Assembly: GCF_001263205.1 (NCBI RefSeq)
Contig: NZ_CP012333.1
Coordinates: 11,121,377-11,185,376 of the forward strand
DNA length: 64,000 nucleotides
Origin: Labilithrix luteola
GTDB taxonomy: Bacteria; Myxococcota_A; Polyangia; Polyangiales; Polyangiaceae
Direction of reading: 5' to 3'
Positions within the stretch are counted from its first letter, which is position 1, and the number at the start of each line of letters is the position of its first letter. The notes beneath the pieces are model-generated. The model worked only from the letters and a program-made list of their open reading frames with translations. It was not told the origin of the DNA and did no database searches. The position numbers and the translations under genes are program-made. Shown here piece by piece: positions 9,859 to 19,312 of the stretch.

Positions 9859-12558
9859 TCAATCGATGCGGACGCTGAACTCGACGGGCCCGAAACGAAG
9901 GGTGCCGCCAGATGCCACAGGAGTCCAGACGGCAGGTTGGATGCGCCCGCCGCCGACGTAGGTTCCGTTGTTCGAGTTCTCGTCGCGAACGAAGAGCTGC
10001 ACACCCTCGAACTTGAGGGTCGCGTGCACACCGCTCACACGAGGCTCGATCAACGTGATGGGACACTGCGCAGGATCACGTCCTACGCGAACCTCGACAC
10101 CGGCGCGGATGGCGAACTGCCCAGCCGCGCCGATGATCGTGGCGCCGGTCGGATTGCCGACCGCGCCGTACGGATTAGGCGGAGGTTCGAGGGGAGACGG
10201 AAGCGCTCCGGTGAGCGGAAACGCTTCGGGCGAGGACGCCTGCCCCGCGCCCGACGCGGCGGAGGCGAGGTCGCGCGGCAGAGGCTGACCGCACGAGAAG
10301 CACACCGCCGACTGACCAGGCGTCGCCATCGTGAGCATGTTGCAGGCGGGGCAGCGCACCTGAACGACCGGCGCGCCCCCCGCTACGGCTAAAGGGTAGC
10401 CACCTCCTTTCGGTTCGGGGGGAGGTGGGACGGGGGACGGGGGGACGGGGGCCGGAGGCGCGTAGGCCGCCTGCGCGAACGCAGGAGCTTGGGCCTGTGC
10501 CTGCGCGACAGGCGCCGGCGCAGCGCCGTACACCGCTGCGGGAGCTTCCTCGGCGGACGCACCGTAGCCACCGCCACCGCCGCCCGAGCCGTAGTTGCCA
10601 CCGCCATAGCCACCGCCAGGCTGGTTGCCACCACCGTAGCCGCCGCCACCGTAGCCCCCACCACCGTAGGGCGGTGCACCGCCACCGGCGACGACCGGCT
10701 GGGGCGGGGGCTGGTTCGCGCGCTTGCCACCCTTGCCACCGCCGCCACCGCGCAGGAGCACGACGAGGAGGAGCAGGATGACGACGACGATGCCGGCGGC
10801 GCCGAGGATGATCGGAAGGTTGAGCGGCTTCTTGCCGGCCTTCAGCGAGAGCACGGTCTCGGCGGTGACACCGCTTCCGCGCTTTGCCCTGTTGTCGTAG
10901 AGGACGACGCGTGTAACGGCAGTCTCGCCCGAGCCCTCGATGATCTTATCCTCGTCGGGGACGTTGAAGACGGCGAACGTCTCGCTCGTTTCGAGCGCAC
11001 CGCCGCGCATGTTCTGGGCGATGAGGTTCGCCATGGCGGCCTTGGCCACCTCGGGATCGTTGCGATTGACGTTCGTGTCCGGCTTCGTGCCGGCGGGAAC
11101 GAAGTACGCCTCGGCGCGGCTCTTGTCGCCGGCCCAGCAGAAGTCACCGTAGACGCGGAACGTACCGCCCGGGTGGACGGGGTTCTGGGCGGCCTCGGCC
11201 TGCGTCTGCGCGACGTTGATGTTGAGCGGCCAGGCGGTGGGGTCGACGCCGATCGGCACGTCCTTGAACGACCCGTCGGGTCCGATCATGGGCGTGACGT
11301 TCTGGAAGAACAGATTGAACGACTGTTCCGGCGTGGTCGCGAGGCAGCCGAGGCGCCACTTGACGACCCACATCTGGTTGAAGCGCGACTTGACGAGACC
11401 AAGAATCTTGGTGGCCTTCGTCACGCCCTGACCGGTGCGCACGATGTCGAAGAAGCCGCCGATCTCGACGTTCGCGAGATCCTGCATGAACTGCATGTCG
11501 TTCGACGCATACAGATCGTTCGTCAGGCCTCCCGAGTTCGGGAAGAAGATCGAGATGACCGGCAGCGGCGTCTTCGGCGCAAGCGGGTTGTTCTCGGGGA
11601 AGCGGCCATTGTTGAAGTACTGCTTCATGGCCTCGGCGCTGACCGCCGCGCTGCCCGCGTCTTCACGGCCCGCGCCGTTCGACAGGAAGACCATCGCCTG
11701 GTGCATCGGAACGCTCTGAATCGCGCCCGAGTTGCCGATGTCACCGAACGACTGCGTGATGCTCTTGATCTGGTTGAACAGCGGGCGGCCGCGCTGGTGC
11801 GAAGGCGACGTGCTCGGGTTCGCGTTCAGGATGTTCACGAGCGTCGCCTTCTGCGCCGCGGGAACCCACGACGAGTTGGCGACGTACGGGCTGATGCGAT
11901 CGTCGAAGATGATGAGCTTCGCGATGTCGTTCTTGCCCATCGTGCCGATGAACTGGTTCGCGACCTGACGCGCGTCCTCGTAGCGGGCGCCCATCATGCT
12001 CGATGCATCGAGCGCGATGAGCCACGCCGTGCCGACCAGAGGGTCGTTGCCGGCCTGCGACCACTGCGCCTTGCTGTCGAACTTCGCGGGAAGGTCGCTG
12101 CCGTCGACGCGCACCGTGAAGCGGGCGTTCGCCTCGGAGAACGGGAACGCCTTCCAGAGGACGTTCGGCTTCTCCACCGCTTCGGAGATGCAGTCGAGGA
12201 GCGGGTTGCCCTTCTGCTGGCCGCAGCCGGCATTCGTGACGACCTCGCTCATCGGCGAGAACTGCACGACTTCGACGACCGTCGTGAGCAGCGGCTGCTG
12301 CCCGGCCATACCCGCCCGCGGATCGATGCGGAGGATGTTGGCCTTCGGCGCGGCGCTGGCCGACGTCGCGAAGGACAGCGTTCCCAGGAGCACGACGAGC
12401 GCCGTCCAGAGGGAGGACTGGCGTGATTCACGACGGGCGCGGCTGGGGCGGCTGGGGCGGCCGGGGCGGCTGAGACACGAGGCGTTCGGTAATGTTCGCT
12501 TGCTCATTTCGAAAGGCTCGACCTTTCCCGCATGCCGACGGGCGGACACGCGGCGCAA
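9859..12558 (-). CDS. Membrane-anchored FHA protein: signal peptide, large extracytoplasmic (vWA-like) domain, TM, Gly/Tyr-rich linker, zinc ribbon, C-terminal FHA
   Basis: Signal peptide SLWTALVVLLGTLSFATSASA. Extracytoplasmic segment includes LIALDASSMMG...LIIFDDR. TM helix LNLPIILGAAGIVVVILLLLVVLL. (GGGYGGG)n low-complexity linker. CxxC...CxxC zinc ribbon. C-terminal FHA LIEPRVSGVHATL...NSNNGTYVGG. Start is uncertain: alternative ATG at 12507 (MSKRT...). Confidence 0.8.
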   Translation of the reverse strand: MRRVSARRHAGKVEPFEMSKRTLPNASCLSRPGRPSRPSRARRESRQSSLWTALVVLLGTLSFATSASAAPKANILRIDPRAGMAGQQPLLTTVVEVVQFSPMSEVVTNAGCGQQKGNPLLDCISEAVEKPNVLWKAFPFSEANARFTVRVDGSDLPAKFDSKAQWSQAGNDPLVGTAWLIALDASSMMGARYEDARQVANQFIGTMGKNDIAKLIIFDDRISPYVANSSWVPAAQKATLVNILNANPSTSPSHQRGRPLFNQIKSITQSFGDIGNSGAIQSVPMHQAMVFLSNGAGREDAGSAAVSAEAMKQYFNNGRFPENNPLAPKTPLPVISIFFPNSGGLTNDLYASNDMQFMQDLANVEIGGFFDIVRTGQGVTKATKILGLVKSRFNQMWVVKWRLGCLATTPEQSFNLFFQNVTPMIGPDGSFKDVPIGVDPTAWPLNINVAQTQAEAAQNPVHPGGTFRVYGDFCWAGDKSRAEAYFVPAGTKPDTNVNRNDPEVAKAAMANLIAQNMRGGALETSETFAVFNVPDEDKIIEGSGETAVTRVVLYDNRAKRGSGVTAETVLSLKAGKKPLNLPIILGAAGIVVVILLLLVVLLRGGGGGKGGKRANQPPPQPVVAGGGAPPYGGGGYGGGGYGGGNQPGGGYGGGNYGSGGGGGGYGASAEEAPAAVYGAAPAPVAQAQAQAPAFAQAAYAPPAPVPPSPVPPPPEPKGGGYPLAVAGGAPVVQVRCPACNMLTMATPGQSAVCFSCGQPLPRDLASAASGAGQASSPEAFPLTGALPSPLEPPPNPYGAVGNPTGATIIGAAGQFAIRAGVEVRVGRDPAQCPITLIEPRVSGVHATLKFEGVQLFVRDENSNNGTYVGGGRIQPAVWTPVASGGTLRFGPVEFSVRID

Positions 12559-12697
12559 AAGCGAGCGCAGCGTACTACAGAACGCGGAGCGCGATCAGGA
12601 ATGGGGCAGCGCCAACGAAAAGAGCGAGGTCCGCTTGCGCTGGGCAGCGGCCTCGCTCTCGTGTGGGTGTGCGCTCGAAGGGCTGAAAAGCGCCAGT

Positions 12698-13735
12698 TCA
12701 GACGCGCGTGACGATCTTCACGATGGTCGTGAAGCCGCCGAAGCGGACCTTGTCACCGTCACGAAGGTCGCGCTTACCGTTGAAGCCAATGTGCTCTTCG
12801 TTGACGAACGTGCCGTTCGTCGAGCCCGTGTCTTCGACGGTGATCGTGCCGGCCGTCGCGTCGACGACGAGCGCCGCGTGGCGGGACGAAATCGTCGCGT
12901 CGGACAGGGGGATGTCCACTTGCTCGCCCGAATTCGCACGGCCGACCGTCTTGCGTCCGCCCTGGAGCGGCCAGAAGTCACCCTGCGTGTTCGCTTGGTA
13001 CGCGACGAGGAAGCCACGGAGCGCGTTCGGCGGGAGATTCAGCGGAGGAGCGGCGGCGGGCGTGGGAGGCGCGCCGTAGCCAGCGGCCTGCGGAGCGGGC
13101 GGCGGGGGGGCGCCGAATCCCTGCTGATCCGGCGGGCCGAAGCCAGGCTGCGGGGCATAGCCTTGCGCCGGCGGAGGAGCGCCGAACGGCTGCTGCGGAG
13201 GCGCACCGAAGGGCTGCTGCGGGGGCGGGAATCCGCCCTGGGGCTGGCCGTAGCCACCGTACTGCGCGTTGGGATCCGGATATGGTTGACCATATCCCTG
13301 CTGCACGGGATCAGGCGCGTAGCCCGGCATGCCCGCCGGAGCGCCGAACCCCGGCTGCGGAGGAGGCGCGCCAAACCCCGGCTGCTGACCGTACTGCGGC
13401 TGCGGCGGGGGGAAGCCACCTTGCGGCTGGCCGTAGCCACCGCCGTACTGGTCATTGGCGAACGGCATCGCGTCGAGCGCGATGGGGTGACCGTGCGGGC
13501 AGTAGCTCTGGCCCGGAGCAATGTCGTGACCCATCTGACAACGCAGCGGCGCGCCCTGACCGGGCGCAGGAGCGCCGTAGGCGTTCGGCGGCGGAGCACC
13601 GAAGCCACCTTGCGCGGGAGGAGGCGCGAAACCTCCGGGGGCGCCAAAGCCTGGCTGGGCGGTCGGGGTCCCGCAAATGTTGCAGAACTTGTCCGTCGGC
13701 TGAGGGGTCGCACCGCACTGCGGACACGGATTCAT
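12698..13735 (-). CDS. Zinc-ribbon / Pro-Gln-Gly-rich / C-terminal FHA domain protein
   Basis: ATG 13735 with GGAG 9 nt upstream. N-terminus MNPCPQCG...CNICG. Long PQGGF/PGFGAPP low-complexity region. C-terminal FHA (DIPLSDATISSRHAALV...GSTNGTFVN). Confidence 0.75.
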   Translation of the reverse strand: MNPCPQCGATPQPTDKFCNICGTPTAQPGFGAPGGFAPPPAQGGFGAPPPNAYGAPAPGQGAPLRCQMGHDIAPGQSYCPHGHPIALDAMPFANDQYGGGYGQPQGGFPPPQPQYGQQPGFGAPPPQPGFGAPAGMPGYAPDPVQQGYGQPYPDPNAQYGGYGQPQGGFPPPQQPFGAPPQQPFGAPPPAQGYAPQPGFGPPDQQGFGAPPPPAPQAAGYGAPPTPAAAPPLNLPPNALRGFLVAYQANTQGDFWPLQGGRKTVGRANSGEQVDIPLSDATISSRHAALVVDATAGTITVEDTGSTNGTFVNEEHIGFNGKRDLRDGDKVRFGGFTTIVKIVTRV

Positions 13736-13872
13736 TCGTCGCTCCTGAGGCGTCACGTCGGATTGTCCAACGGGCCCCGGCAGCATATCGGAGAACCGCG
13801 GAAAGGCGAAAGAGCCGAAGGCGATGGGGCACTGCGCCAAAAAAAGCTAGCTCTGCCAGCCCGCAACGCACT

Positions 13873-15495
13873 TCAGGAAGCGCGTGCGCGTGGGCGAGGA
13901 CGCTTCTTCTCGCCGCTCGAAGCCTTCACCTTCCGCTTCGGAACCGTCGTTGCCGTGGGCGGGAGAGCCTTCGGTTGCGGGGCAGCGCCGATCGCCGCGA
14001 TGGCGGCTTCGAGGACGGCGCGCACGGGCACGTCGTGCTCGCGCGCGGCCGCTAGGCATGCCGAAAATTCCGGCTTGCGGGACGGAGGACCAAACGGGCC
14101 GGCCGCGACCTTGACGGGGATCGTCCCGTACGGCGTCGCGACGTGTTCGACGTGCCGGGGCCTCGTCACGCGCGCGACCTCGTGACGGCGGACGCCAATC
14201 GTCGTGCTCTCGCGCAGCATCACGGCGGCGATGTCGTCGGCCTGCGCGAGCGGAGCAAGCGCGCAGAGCTGGAACGCCGGACGCCCCTTCTTCATGGTCA
14301 TCGGGACGACCCACGCATCGAGCGCGCCCTCGGCGAGAAGCGCGTCGATACAATGACCGAGGAGCTCGCCGGTCGCATCGTCGATGTTCGCCTCGAGCAC
14401 GGCGTGCGTCGTGGTCGGCACCATCGACGTCGCTTCGCCGAGCACCACACGAAGGAGGTTCGGTCGGTCGCGGAGGTTCGCGGTGCCCGCGCCCCATCCG
14501 GTTCGCTCGGGGGCCATCGCCGGCCATTGCGCGGAGCCTTCTGCGTGCGCCGCGACGATCGCAGCGCCGGTGGGCGTGACGAACTCGAACGCGAGGCCGC
14601 CGTCGTAGGTCGGCAGTCCATGCAAGCACTCGACGACCGCAGGCGGCGGGAGCGGCAGCACGCCATGACGCGCCTTCACCCAACCGTGGCCCATCGGAAG
14701 CGGCGACACGACGACGCGCGCACCGAGATACTCGAGGGCCGCCGCGCTTCCGACCACGTCGACGATGGCATCGACCGCACCGACTTCGTGGAAATGCACG
14801 TCGTCGATCGGCATGCGATGAACCCGCGATTCCGACTCGGCGAGCTTCCGGAACGTGGCCTGCGCCCGCTCTTTCACCCCGCGCGGAAGCTTGGACGCAT
14901 CGAGCATCTTGCGGATGGCCCCGTAGGTCCGCTCCGGCTGCTTCCCGTCGACGTGAACGTCGAACGCGGTCGCGACGATCCCACTGCGCTCACGCGTACC
15001 GAAGTGCACGTGAAAGCCCTTCAGCGGAAGCAGCGCGACGGCGTTGGTGACGACCTTCTCGGGTACCCCGAGGTCGACGAGCGCCGCAATGATCATGTCC
15101 CCCGCGAGCCCACTCGGAGCATCGAAGAACAGGGTCTTTCCATGCCCCGCACCGAGCTTCAGACCCTCGCGGCTCCCCCCGTGCGCGTGCACGTGTCCAT
15201 GCCCATGAGCGTGGCCGTGCTCGTGATCGTGATCATGTCCGTGAGCATGCGCATGATCATGAGGATGCGCGTGTCCATGAGCATGCGAATGGCCGTGCTC
15301 GTCTTCATGATCATGGCCTGCGCCGTGCGCATGGAGCTCGTCGTCGGCGTGGGCGTGATCGTGATGCGCGTGAGCATGGGCATGTTCGTGCCCGTGTTCG
15401 TGCGCGTGCACGGTGCCGTCGGCGTGACCGTGCGCGTGCGCGTGGACGTGGCCGTGCGTCTTCGCGCCTTTGATCTTCTTCTTTTTCGCGCTCAC
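13873..15495 (-). CDS. larC: Nickel-pincer cofactor biosynthesis protein LarC (nickel insertase) with His-rich N-terminal extension
   Basis: GTG 15495 (GGAG upstream) overlaps the larB stop (GTGA). About 90 aa of HxHxH repeats (HGHVHAHAHGH...). DUF111/LarC core follows: TLFFDAPSGLAGDMIIAALVDLG. Confidence 0.8.
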   Translation of the reverse strand: MSAKKKKIKGAKTHGHVHAHAHGHADGTVHAHEHGHEHAHAHAHHDHAHADDELHAHGAGHDHEDEHGHSHAHGHAHPHDHAHAHGHDHDHEHGHAHGHGHVHAHGGSREGLKLGAGHGKTLFFDAPSGLAGDMIIAALVDLGVPEKVVTNAVALLPLKGFHVHFGTRERSGIVATAFDVHVDGKQPERTYGAIRKMLDASKLPRGVKERAQATFRKLAESESRVHRMPIDDVHFHEVGAVDAIVDVVGSAAALEYLGARVVVSPLPMGHGWVKARHGVLPLPPPAVVECLHGLPTYDGGLAFEFVTPTGAAIVAAHAEGSAQWPAMAPERTGWGAGTANLRDRPNLLRVVLGEATSMVPTTTHAVLEANIDDATGELLGHCIDALLAEGALDAWVVPMTMKKGRPAFQLCALAPLAQADDIAAVMLRESTTIGVRRHEVARVTRPRHVEHVATPYGTIPVKVAAGPFGPPSRKPEFSACLAAAREHDVPVRAVLEAAIAAIGAAPQPKALPPTATTVPKRKVKASSGEKKRPRPRARAS

Positions 15496-16268
15496 GGCGT
15501 GCTCCGCGCGGCGCGGGCGCGTGCCCGGAGAATGCGCACCGCCGCAAAGGCCGCGCCGAACCCGTTGTCGATGTTGACGACCGTGATGCCCGAAGCGCAG
15601 CTCGTGAGCATGCCGAGCATCGCCGCAAGGCCGTGGAATGCCGCGCCGTAGCCGACCGACGTCGGGACGGCGATGACCGGCACGTCGACAAGACCGCCGA
15701 CGACGCTGGAGAGCGCGCCCTCCATGCCCGCGATGACGATGATGACGCCGGCCTCCTCGAGGAGCGGGCGCTTGTGGAGCAGGCGGTGAAGGCCCGCCAC
15801 GCCGACGTCGAAGATGCGGTCGAAGGTGACGCCGAGCATGCGCATGGTCTCGGCGCATTCCTCGGCCACGGGCAGATCGCTGGTTCCCGCGCTGACGAGG
15901 GCGACCTTGGTGTCCGAGAGAGGGACGATGGGCGAGCGCTCGAGCGTGCAGGTGCGCGCCATCGGGGAGTGTTTCATCCCCTCGATCTCACTCACGACGA
16001 CCGCCGCCTTCGCGTCGTCGACGCGCGTGACGAGCACGTTCTGGCCGGTGCGCGCGAGCTCCTTCGCGATCGCCACGATCTGCGCCGCCGTCTTGCCTTC
16101 CCCGAGGATCACCTCCGGAACGCCCTGACGGATCGCGCGATGGTGGTCGACGTGCGCAAAGCCGAGATCGGCGAACGGCAGCTGCCGCAACTCCGTCAAC
16201 GCATCTTCGATCGGCGTACCGCCGGCTCGTACGCGCGCGAGCAGATCCTTGAGTCGAGCTTCGTCCAC
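15492..16268 (-). CDS. larB: Nickel-pincer cofactor biosynthesis protein LarB (PurE-like carboxylase/hydrolase)
   Basis: 258 aa. PurE-like C-terminal half VALVSAGTSDLPVAEE...VIIVIAGMEGAL...VIAVPTSVGYG. N-terminal LarB-specific region. Translationally coupled to larC. Confidence 0.75.
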   Translation of the reverse strand: MDEARLKDLLARVRAGGTPIEDALTELRQLPFADLGFAHVDHHRAIRQGVPEVILGEGKTAAQIVAIAKELARTGQNVLVTRVDDAKAAVVVSEIEGMKHSPMARTCTLERSPIVPLSDTKVALVSAGTSDLPVAEECAETMRMLGVTFDRIFDVGVAGLHRLLHKRPLLEEAGVIIVIAGMEGALSSVVGGLVDVPVIAVPTSVGYGAAFHGLAAMLGMLTSCASGITVVNIDNGFGAAFAAVRILRARARAARSTP

Positions 16269-16584
16269 GCGCGCTCTTTAGCATGGGACGAGAAACCGTG
16301 GGTCGGGTCGACTCGGGCGCGACCGTAGCCCCGTTCTCCGGTTCGAAGCGCAAAAATGGGCTGGCTCCGCTGCCGAGACCTCGAGAGCACTCGACCGATT
16401 GCTCCTGTCCGCCCGTCCGCTTGTCCGCTTGTCCTCTTTGTTGCCAATTTCCGTCGCCGCGCTTCGTCGCTCGGCTCGGAACCGGACGGAAATACTCGGT
16501 CCGCGAACGGTTCGGTGCTCTACAGCGCAACTCGGTTGCGCTGATTTGAAAAGTCAAACGGAGATCGCGACAGACTTGTGCAAA

Positions 16585-16636
16585 GGACCGTGGATTCGGG
16601 GCCCTCGCCCATCGTGGGCCCCGAAATTCACGGTCC
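16585..16636 (+). promoter_or_regulatory. Long near-perfect hairpin ending exactly at the start codon of ORF 16637
   Basis: Left arm ggaccgtggattcggggccc (16585-16604). 12-nt loop. Right arm gggccccgaaattcacggtcc (16616-16636). 19 of 21 positions pair. ATG at 16637. Confidence 0.5.
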
Positions 16637-17224
16637 ATGCAAGTGGCCGCCGCAGTAGTCTGCCGCGCCATGCCGCTGCCTTTCGCGATTCCCGTCGGTC
16701 TCCTCGTGGGGATGACGCTCGCGTGGCTCGCGCGGAGCGAGCTTGCGCGCTCCGAGGTTCCGCTCGTCCTTGCTCGTCCGTTCCTCGTCGCGCTCGGGCT
16801 CTCCGTGCTGGTGTTCGCGCCCGTCGTCGGCTACTTCGCCGCCTTCCACGGCGATTGGGCTTACCTCTATCTCGTCCGCTGGAACCGCGTTCCGTCCGCG
16901 CTGGATCTCGCCTTCGTCCTCGTCGCGGCCGCGCAAATTCCCCTCGGCTTCGCGCTGGCGTCACCGTGGGCGATTGCCAAGCGAAGCTCACGCTTCCTGA
17001 CGGCGTCGGCCATCGCGCTCGGCGTCGTGCTCGCGGCGAGCGCAGTGACTGCGCGGCGGCTCGGGGTCAGCGCCACGTATGCCCAGTATCAAGGAGGATT
17101 TGGCGCGGTACCGATTGGACGCAGTCCGCTCGGGCGCGGGGTACTCCTGAGCTGGGCGGTCCTGGCAGCCGGCTACGCATGGACGGCGCACGTGCTTCGG
17201 TCGGCGCGTTCGCGGCGTCCGTGA
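16637..17224 (+). CDS. Hypothetical integral membrane protein
   Basis: 195 aa with four or five hydrophobic helices and high GC3. Alternative start at 16670. Confidence 0.55.
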   Translation: MQVAAAVVCRAMPLPFAIPVGLLVGMTLAWLARSELARSEVPLVLARPFLVALGLSVLVFAPVVGYFAAFHGDWAYLYLVRWNRVPSALDLAFVLVAAAQIPLGFALASPWAIAKRSSRFLTASAIALGVVLAASAVTARRLGVSATYAQYQGGFGAVPIGRSPLGRGVLLSWAVLAAGYAWTAHVLRSARSRRP

Positions 17225-17254
17225 CGGGCTCGGGCGTGCTAGAACGAACTGGCT

Positions 17255-17845
17255 ATGTGGGTCCGCGGCGCGGCCATCCGTCCTGTTCCACCGTACGCGG
17301 TCGTCGATCGTCGTGTGCTCGATACCATCGAGGACGAGCTCGCCGAGAACGGGCAACGTACGAAGTCGGATCTCGATGACGCCTTCGGGCGCTTCGAGAA
17401 CACGCAGCCTGCCCTCGCCCACGAAGCCGCGCAGGTGCTCGCGCGCCCGCTCGATCAAACGGCGCTCGCCCTCGGGTACTTCCTCACGATCGCCGTGTGG
17501 ATGGCGTTCGACCGCGCGTTCGGAAGCCGCCTCGCCGAGGTGACGGAAGACGAGCTGCGGGCCGCCGAGAGCGCGCTCACGCTCGAAGAAGAACTTCGTG
17601 CTGCGCACGCCAACGAGCCCCTCGAGCTCGACGACGTTATGGCGATCGAGCAGCCGGGCGTTCTCGGTTTCATCAATGAGCACCTCGAAGCGGCCCTCGA
17701 ACCGAGCGATTCGCGCGAAGAGACGCGCGAGGTCGACGTCGACGACGTGCACACGGTCTATCGCACGGTGCTGATCATGACCCTCGCCCTCTCCCACGCG
17801 GTGGGAACGGCGTCGGGAGCGAGACCGCGCGAGATGCTCGCGTAG
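17255..17845 (+). CDS. Hypothetical protein
   Basis: 196-aa ORF with coding-like GC3 bias. The central segment is hydrophobic (ALALGYFLTIAVWMAF). No recognisable motif. Confidence 0.45.
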   Translation: MWVRGAAIRPVPPYAVVDRRVLDTIEDELAENGQRTKSDLDDAFGRFENTQPALAHEAAQVLARPLDQTALALGYFLTIAVWMAFDRAFGSRLAEVTEDELRAAESALTLEEELRAAHANEPLELDDVMAIEQPGVLGFINEHLEAALEPSDSREETREVDVDDVHTVYRTVLIMTLALSHAVGTASGARPREMLA

Positions 17846-17994
17846 GCGGTTGCGCAAAGCTCGCGACTATTTGTCGCAAACACGCTCGGCGCGGCCCACG
17901 GCCCCGCTGCACCTACTCGAAACCACACAAAAAATTCTGCTGTCCCGTCACGTGGTCGTTGCTGCCAGACGCCTAGCGTCGAGCTATCTTCACC

Positions 17995-19248
17995 GTGATG
18001 TCCCATACGACTCGTCGTTCCAGAGAAGACGAGCGGAGATTCGGCGTCGTCGTCGGTGGGAAGTGGCGCATCGATGGCTTCTTGGGGAAGGGTTCGACCT
18101 CGTCGATCTACTCCGCAACCCACGAACGCGGCGCTCGCGCCGCCATCAAGATGCTCCATGCATCGCGCGCCCGTGACGAACACGCGGTGCGTGAGCTGCT
18201 CGACGAAGCGCGTCTCGCGCGCGCGGTCGATCACCCGGGGATCGTTCGCGTCATCGACGACGGCGTAACCGAAGACCGATGCCGATTTCTCGTGCTCGAG
18301 CTCGTGGATGGCCCCACGCTCGAAGAGCGGAGAGAGGCGCGCGGTGGTCGGCTTCCGCTGCACGAAGCGATCGCCGTCGGCGATGCGCTCATGTCGGCGC
18401 TGGCGGCGCTCCACGACGCGGGCATCGTGCATCGCGACCTCAAGCCCGACAACGTCCTCTTGGGCCGCGATGGGGCCATCAAACTGATCGACTTCGGCCT
18501 CGCGCGCGAGATGGGCGCGTCCGCCGAACGCGCAGAGGCTCTCCTCGTCGGAACACCTTCGTTCATGCCTCCGGAGCAAGCCCTCGGCTTCTCCGAGCGC
18601 ATGGATGCGCGTTCGGACGTCTGGGCGCTCGGCGCGCTCCTCTTCTACGTCCTCACGGGTCAGACCGTTCACGAAGGCAAGCACTCGCGCGCCATCGTGC
18701 TCGCGACCGCGTCGACGCCCGCTCGTTCGCTCGCCACCGTGGCCCCCGACCTGCCTCCGGCCATCGTCGAGGTCGTGGATCGTGCGCTTCGTTTCCGACG
18801 CGCCGAACGCTGGGCGGACATGCGCGCGATGCAGCACGCCTGGCGCGCAGCGTACCCCGACTGGCTGCCGACGATTCCCCCAGACACGCGTTTGTCGGAA
18901 GCGAGTCTCGTCGTCGGAACGCCGATGAGCCTCGTGATCCCCGGGCCGCCGAAGATGCCCGAGGTCGAGACGGCGGTTTCCGCGGATCCCGCGCCGCGAA
19001 GCACCATCCCTTCGCGCCATCGAAGCGAGCGGACCAAGGCGCGCCTTTTCTTCGCAGGACTCGTGGCGGCGACGGCCGGCGCGGTCACGTGGGCGGCGGA
19101 GAACGGGTCGCTCTTCCCGTCCGCCACCAACGCGAGCGTCACCTCGCTCGCTCCCCCACCCCCTGTGACCGCAACCTTCGCCGCGTGGCCTGCCGAGCTT
19201 GGCGCCCACGATGCGGGGCTCGGCCAGCGCGACGGCTCGCCTCTCTGA
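17995..19248 (+). CDS. Hanks-type Ser/Thr protein kinase
   Basis: Gly-loop GKGSTSSIY. Lys AIKML. Catalytic loop HRDLKPDNVL. DFG motif. The C-terminus is Pro/Ala-rich with a probable TM segment LFFAGLVAATAGAVTWA. Confidence 0.9.
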   Translation: MMSHTTRRSREDERRFGVVVGGKWRIDGFLGKGSTSSIYSATHERGARAAIKMLHASRARDEHAVRELLDEARLARAVDHPGIVRVIDDGVTEDRCRFLVLELVDGPTLEERREARGGRLPLHEAIAVGDALMSALAALHDAGIVHRDLKPDNVLLGRDGAIKLIDFGLAREMGASAERAEALLVGTPSFMPPEQALGFSERMDARSDVWALGALLFYVLTGQTVHEGKHSRAIVLATASTPARSLATVAPDLPPAIVEVVDRALRFRRAERWADMRAMQHAWRAAYPDWLPTIPPDTRLSEASLVVGTPMSLVIPGPPKMPEVETAVSADPAPRSTIPSRHRSERTKARLFFAGLVAATAGAVTWAAENGSLFPSATNASVTSLAPPPPVTATFAAWPAELGAHDAGLGQRDGSPL

Positions 19249-19312
19249 GACCGATCGGATTCGCGTCGAACGTCATCTCGCCCTTCTTCCGCTGCGTGGT
19301 AGCGTCGCCGCC

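Noticed and set aside
8191-12426. Plus-strand ORFs 8191-10392 and 10489-12426
   Set aside because: Antisense to the PP2C and FHA-TM genes. Both are Arg-rich and lack motifs.
11996-15651. Plus-strand ORFs 11996-14185 and 14143-15651
   Set aside because: Antisense to the FHA, LarC and LarB genes, whose own frames carry recognisable family motifs.
15495-15858. N-terminal extension of the LarC ORF to 15858
   Set aside because: It overlaps larB in another frame and the product is Arg-rich. The GTG at 15495 with a GGAG RBS gives a start consistent with the GTGA coupling.
16520-16542. Hairpin cagcgcaac-tcg-gttgcgctg upstream of larB
   Set aside because: It is not followed by a U-tract and has no upstream gene to terminate. 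Probably incidental. The larger hairpin at 16585-16636 is reported instead.
17758-19209. 483-aa minus-strand ORF
   Set aside because: Antisense to the Ser/Thr kinase, which shows HRDLKPDN and DFG motifs.
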